Source: Paraspadella gotoi
Taxonomy: Eukaryota > Animalia > Chaetognatha
Reading direction: 5' to 3'
Assembly (NCBI GenBank): GCA_051294375.1
Contig: CM119263.1
Coordinates: 4,234,161-4,298,160 of the forward strand
Length of the DNA stretch: 64,000 nt
A model generated the notes under the pieces. The model was not told the origin of the DNA. It saw nothing but the letters and a program-made list of their open reading frames with translations, and did not search any database. Made by a program: the position numbers and the translations under genes. Shown here in pieces: positions 58,906 through 64,000 of the stretch. How positions within the stretch are numbered: position 1 is the stretch's first letter; each line of letters starts with the position of its first letter.

Positions 58906-61693
58906 TCACCATCTCTGTTCTCACACCCTCCTCCCATTGACTGACAGCCAATCAATGAAATTGGTGCGACCAACATAAAATTGCCCCTGAATTGGGACAG
59001 ACTGTGGTGAGCCTTCTCACATTCCTTAAAAAGATAATTTGGTTAGTCAATCGTTCAAATGGTAATCTACATTGTTCATCATTCGCATGTAATAAGATAT
59101 TCTTGTATTCGCCCTAAATAACGAGCTACACCTCATTCTTGCCCCGTCTCTCCCAAACATAGAACCTTATCCCGCCGAAGCGTTGCAAGTTGCATTTACT
59201 CTAATCTAACGCGAATCGAACTGCAAAAGTTAATTGGTATCGACATTTTAATCTCTCACCAGTTATGCGATTAATCAGTTCAAACTGAGCTTCGTAATTA
59301 ACTGTGCCAGGCTCTGCCTCCAGTAATGGCGGGGGCGTCCGCGTCTGGACGAAATTGAAGCCTACAGGTTCAGGGCGTTCTCTATGCCATCTTCTCTATC
59401 CTGCCCGCTCCTTCGATCTGACCATTCATTGCTAAATCTCTCTGCCCGCGTCCTTCCTAATTGCCCGCTTCCCTTGTTTGCCCTCTCGCGCTCCTTATAC
59501 TTCCACGCGTCAAAAAAAAAAAAAACAAACTACCCGATCTATTTTTAGAATTAGTGACTCCTGCCTTCGAGTAGTAATCGCTCTTTCGGTCCAAACGCGC
59601 GGGAAAACGAGGCAAGAGACTCAACTTCGCCTTTAGCGAAGGTTTCGTTTAGATTTTTGTCCCGCTTGTTGCAAGAATGATCGTTAAATCGGATTTTAGG
59701 CTCTCACTGACGAAGCTGATATTTCGTAACGTCACGAATTGTTAAAAGTGAGCCTACTTATCGTAAACTTTACCTCGTCTTCTACAAAAGTTAACATTGT
59801 GGAACCAGGCTGTCTGTCTGTTGCTCTTACTGACTTTTTGTCTATCTGTCTGTCAGACTGTCTCTCTTTTTGGTAAGACTATCTGGCCAAGTATGTACGC
59901 AAGCTTAGCAGTATTACTGTAATACGGTATCTAACTAATTCTCTCCTCGCGCGCCGTGAAATATTCAAAGGCGGAAGAACCAAGCAGGACTGACGGCCTT
60001 ACTTGTTAAATAATGACAAATACTGATAAATATGCTTTAGTTCCCACGTCTCTTCCCAATCCCCCGCCCTTCTCTTCCTCCGCCTCCTCCTCCTCCTTAT
60101 AAACTTCGCGCCCAGGTCCCGTTCGTGAGCATGAGCTCCTCGTAAAGTCTCGCGCCTTCGTCTTCTCCTCCTCCTCTTCTTCCTCCTCCTCCTCCTCCTC
60201 CTCCTCCTCCTCCGTTCTATCTCCTTTTTCCCTGGAACTCATTTCTCTCGCGAACCTAAAAAAAAAATTCTCGTTTTTAATCTTTTTTCTTTTTTCTTCT
60301 TAAAAAAAAAAAAAAATTTCACCCTGTGCAGACTGTGCATACTTTGCAGCGCACAGTTTTTCCAAACTACATGCGACTTCTGAACCAATATTTTTTGGTA
60401 TTTTTGCGTCTTGTATAATGTGACGAAACTGATCAGTTTCTTTGGGACCCTGATGAAGTCAAGGGACTTCGAAATTCCGAATTTTGTTTAATAAAACCAA
60501 AATTGAAATTTTGACTTCGATTTTTTCTCGCAATAAGAGAAATAAAATTTAAACCAACATTATTGTTGCGTCAAATTCAAGCTTATAGAGAATTAGATTT
60601 TAAAACGTTTTGCTGTAAAAAAATGGAAACTAACAAAAAAATTGGTAGATGAAATGTTTTAAATCTATTCAATGGTTCACATATTATATAACGTATTTTT
60701 TATAAAATTAAATAAAATCAGAAAAAAAGATCGTGAATAATTTTAAATTAATGAAAATCAATTAAACGCCTGCATGATATTAATTTACAAATGTCATTAA
60801 TCACTTATTTCTACAAACGATGACAAGTTTACAGAGTTGGAGCTCGTTATCTGGAAATTGTTTGCTGGTCTTCGAATTGAAATCTAAACGAGAAGAGACG
60901 GGAAGAGAGAGACGAGAGATTGATGAGGAGACAGAGAGAGAGAGAGAGATGACTGAGAGGAGAGAGAGAGAGAGAGCGACGAAGATGAAAGACGAGAGAG
61001 AGAGAGGGAGACTTCCCGAGAAACCGATTAATTTGAATTCGAAAATCGAAAAAGTCGTTTTCTCTTCTCGGTTAATTTGCTAAGAAAAAGTTAATTTGAT
61101 TTGGCCCCAGTTAAACTCCTTACACTATTTTATTTATAATCTACATACTATACATATACTCAATACGAAATTTTAACGTTCTTTTAAGCCTAGTATTTTC
61201 ACTTATTTTCGTTAATCAAAGGGAAACCAACGAAAGAGTAATTTAAATCTAAATTATTTTTTTTTAATTAAACGATGCTCCTCTCGATCTTAACAATGAA
61301 TTATGTCAATAAAACGAGTTTAATTTTTTTTACAAAAAAGGTACTAAAATTGAAATTTTTTTAAACATCTTAACTAAAAGGAAACATAAAATAGATTCTG
61401 AATAAAAAAAAAGAAAATGCTTATCAGAAACAAACGAGCAAAGATTTATCACTCGGAGACCAAAAAAAAAAAAAAGAAAAAAGAAATAATAACGAAGATA
61501 AGATAAAAAAAAATTAAAATAAAAGAAAGAAGAAAAAATGAAAAAGAAAGAGAGAAAGATAAGTTATGAAGAGAGTAAGAAATAGAGTTATCGAGATAAC
61601 GAGGCCAGAGTAACACGGACGTGTAAACAAGAGATTAATCAATCCTTTTTCAAACAATAAAAACATGTGATGAGAATTCGCTCGCGACGGGTT

Positions 61694-61765
<72 letters not shown>

Positions 61766-64000
61766 ACAACATTCTCAGAACGAAAGTGGAACTTGTTCAA
61801 CTTTTTTTTATCTTTAAAAAAGCGAAATATTTTTGCGAAAAAATCTGGGATTTTTCACGGAAAAAAAAATATATAATTTGATGTAAAAGTTTCGACGGCA
61901 TTCAAACTTTTTCCTTCTAAGTATGAACATATACGTAAAACCAAATAATTCAACCGCAAAAATTGGTTCTCGGATAACATCATAGCCGCAAACAATTTTT
62001 TATAAATACCAAAACAAACAACATATTTTGTACAAATATGTTTATCTCATTCATTTCCAGCAGATTTTCAAATTGTCATATCGTAGAATTTTTGTTGGAC
62101 AAAATATTTTTTTATATATTATTCAATATTCATGTATTGATAGAAAAATCGCAATATATATATTATATACATTATTGTTTACTTTAAAACGAAAGAACCA
62201 TCAATTCATGAAACTAGAATTATCAATTCTTCTCGTGTAAATCAATCGCATCATATGCAAACTAGATTAAAGAAACTAAGTCTCATTCAATCCAACCTTC
62301 AACTCCATTTCATTCTGCGCCGCAAAATAACTTGTCTTTCCTTTCGCATTCTGATCCGCGCCTTCCCTCCATTTATCAGATTCAACTCACCCGATCTTTT
62401 TCATTTTATTCATTTATTTTCTCAATCGTATTCATTCGTTTTCATTCGTGGGTTTTTTCATCCTTTTCATTCACGAGTTTTTCCCATCACGTTGATTCAT
62501 TTTCTCCATTTTTCATTCGCCCAATTGTATTCATTCTTCATCTCATATCATCCAGATGCATTATTTCCCTCATCTTTCGATCCGAGGACTCGTTTCCCTT
62601 TTCTCTCTTAATCCGAACCCAATCCAAAGCGTCGTGCTTCCTTTTATTTCCAAAAAGGTCCTCCTCGACCAAGCAAGGGACCAAGCTCACAGTTTCGCCT
62701 TAACCAAGCTCAAAAGTCAAATATAATCTCCACCCCGCATTCTTCCTAAGCCAATCCACGTTTCTCTTTCGATTCCCCAAAGGATTAAGAATCAAATCTG
62801 AAACAAAACAAGAAAAGAAGAGAAAATCTATTTTTATCTCGTTGTTGTTTTGTTTTGTTCCTCTTTAATTTGTTTGTTCTTTTGTTTGTTCTTCTTATCC
62901 GAGAAAACCACTCATCGGTCGGGACTTCGAGATTTTGATGTTCGTTTTCTTTTTTTTTTGTTTCTTTAATCTTTTATTCTTCTTATCTCCTTCTTCTCAT
63001 TCTACTTCTCCTTCTTCTTCTGCTTCTTTATTTCATTGTTTGTTTTCTCTGTCTCCTTCTTCGTCTTTTTCAATCTTTTTATTCCTCCTCTCCTGGATAT
63101 TTGATTTTGTAATATTCTTTTCTTTCTAGTTATATCTATTGCTCTCATTTAATAGATTAATTAATTTTTTTATTATTTCTTTTGTCGTTTAGTTTCTTTT
63201 TCACGTAAAATTTTCGTAATTTTATAGAGGGTACTAAGTGGGCGGAGGGCCGTAACTTTAGCCAACTCGTCAGCGATAGAAGGAATTTTAGACTTGAAAG
63301 TTGAAACCATGCTGCTCCGTAGGAAATCTCCCGGCCTGGAAATGACCACACGATTTCATGGTCTTTAGCCGGTTTTACTCATAGTCACGACTAAGGAATG
63401 ATGGCTGCCTATCAAGGTGTCTATGAGAAATCATCGCGACTAGTTTTCTTTCTTTTTATTTTACCATTATTTTTAGGATTGGAATACAAATAAACAAATA
63501 AAAAAAAAGAATAGACAAAAAATATATTAAATGTTAATTACGAGCCTGCAATCGAAAACATCAGTTATAAAAATGTGACCTTGAGGATTGGCAAATTCGG
63601 GATAGAAAAGGATCGATTCGTCTCTACCTCCCTCCCTCCTCCTCCCTCCTTCTCTTTCCTCGCTCTCTTCTTCTCTCTCCTCCTCTCTCTTCCTCGATTC
63701 GTCTCTACCTCCCTCCTCCCTCCTTCTATTCCTTCTCCTTCCTCGCGCTCTTCTTCTCTCTCCTCTTCTCTCTTCTTCTTTCGTTCAATTAAAAAAAAAT
63801 CGTAGTTGAATATCCGTTGGGTGAAAAAAAAAGTGTTGAACAAATCATTTGACAAATCGAATTATATCGACGACTTAAAGACAGGAAGGAGAAAGAGAGA
63901 GGGGGAGGAGGAGGAGGAGGGAGAGAGAGAGAAAGAGAGAGAGAGAGACGGTTTCTTGGTCGTGTCATTTACTTTCTCGATCCTCGTTCCATGACTCACT

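Overview
Eukaryotic genomic DNA, most likely from an invertebrate metazoan: GC-rich exons, AT-rich introns, dense (AG)n, (GAC)n and (AAAG)n microsatellites, and many N gaps. The first ~29 kb is gene-rich, and I built these spliced models by hand with GT-AG introns and consistent phases: (1) an 8-exon + strand TTC17-related TPR protein with signal peptide and C-terminal TM (1124-4989, ~467 aa); (2) a 6-exon + strand TASK-like two-pore K+ channel (6865-9492, ~356 aa); (3) a convergent 10-exon - strand d4/DPF BAF subunit (11557-16654, ~585 aa); (4) a - strand type I membrane receptor-like gene (21697-23259) with a disrupted ectodomain exon and one intron almost entirely filled by a dispersed repeat. 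There is also (5) an intronless 239-aa ORF with an N-terminal PAM2 motif and an acidic-Trp tail (28052-28771). The remaining ~35 kb has no recognisable gene. It holds MITE/foldback elements, tandem repeats, possible regulatory motifs, and several apparent duplications and noisy stretches that look like long-read gap-filling artefacts. I cannot claim a clearly new multi-gene system. The best leads are the PAM2 ORF, the receptor gene with its repeat-built intron, and two speculative spliced microproteins near the DPF 5' end. All family calls are from motif recall, not database searches.
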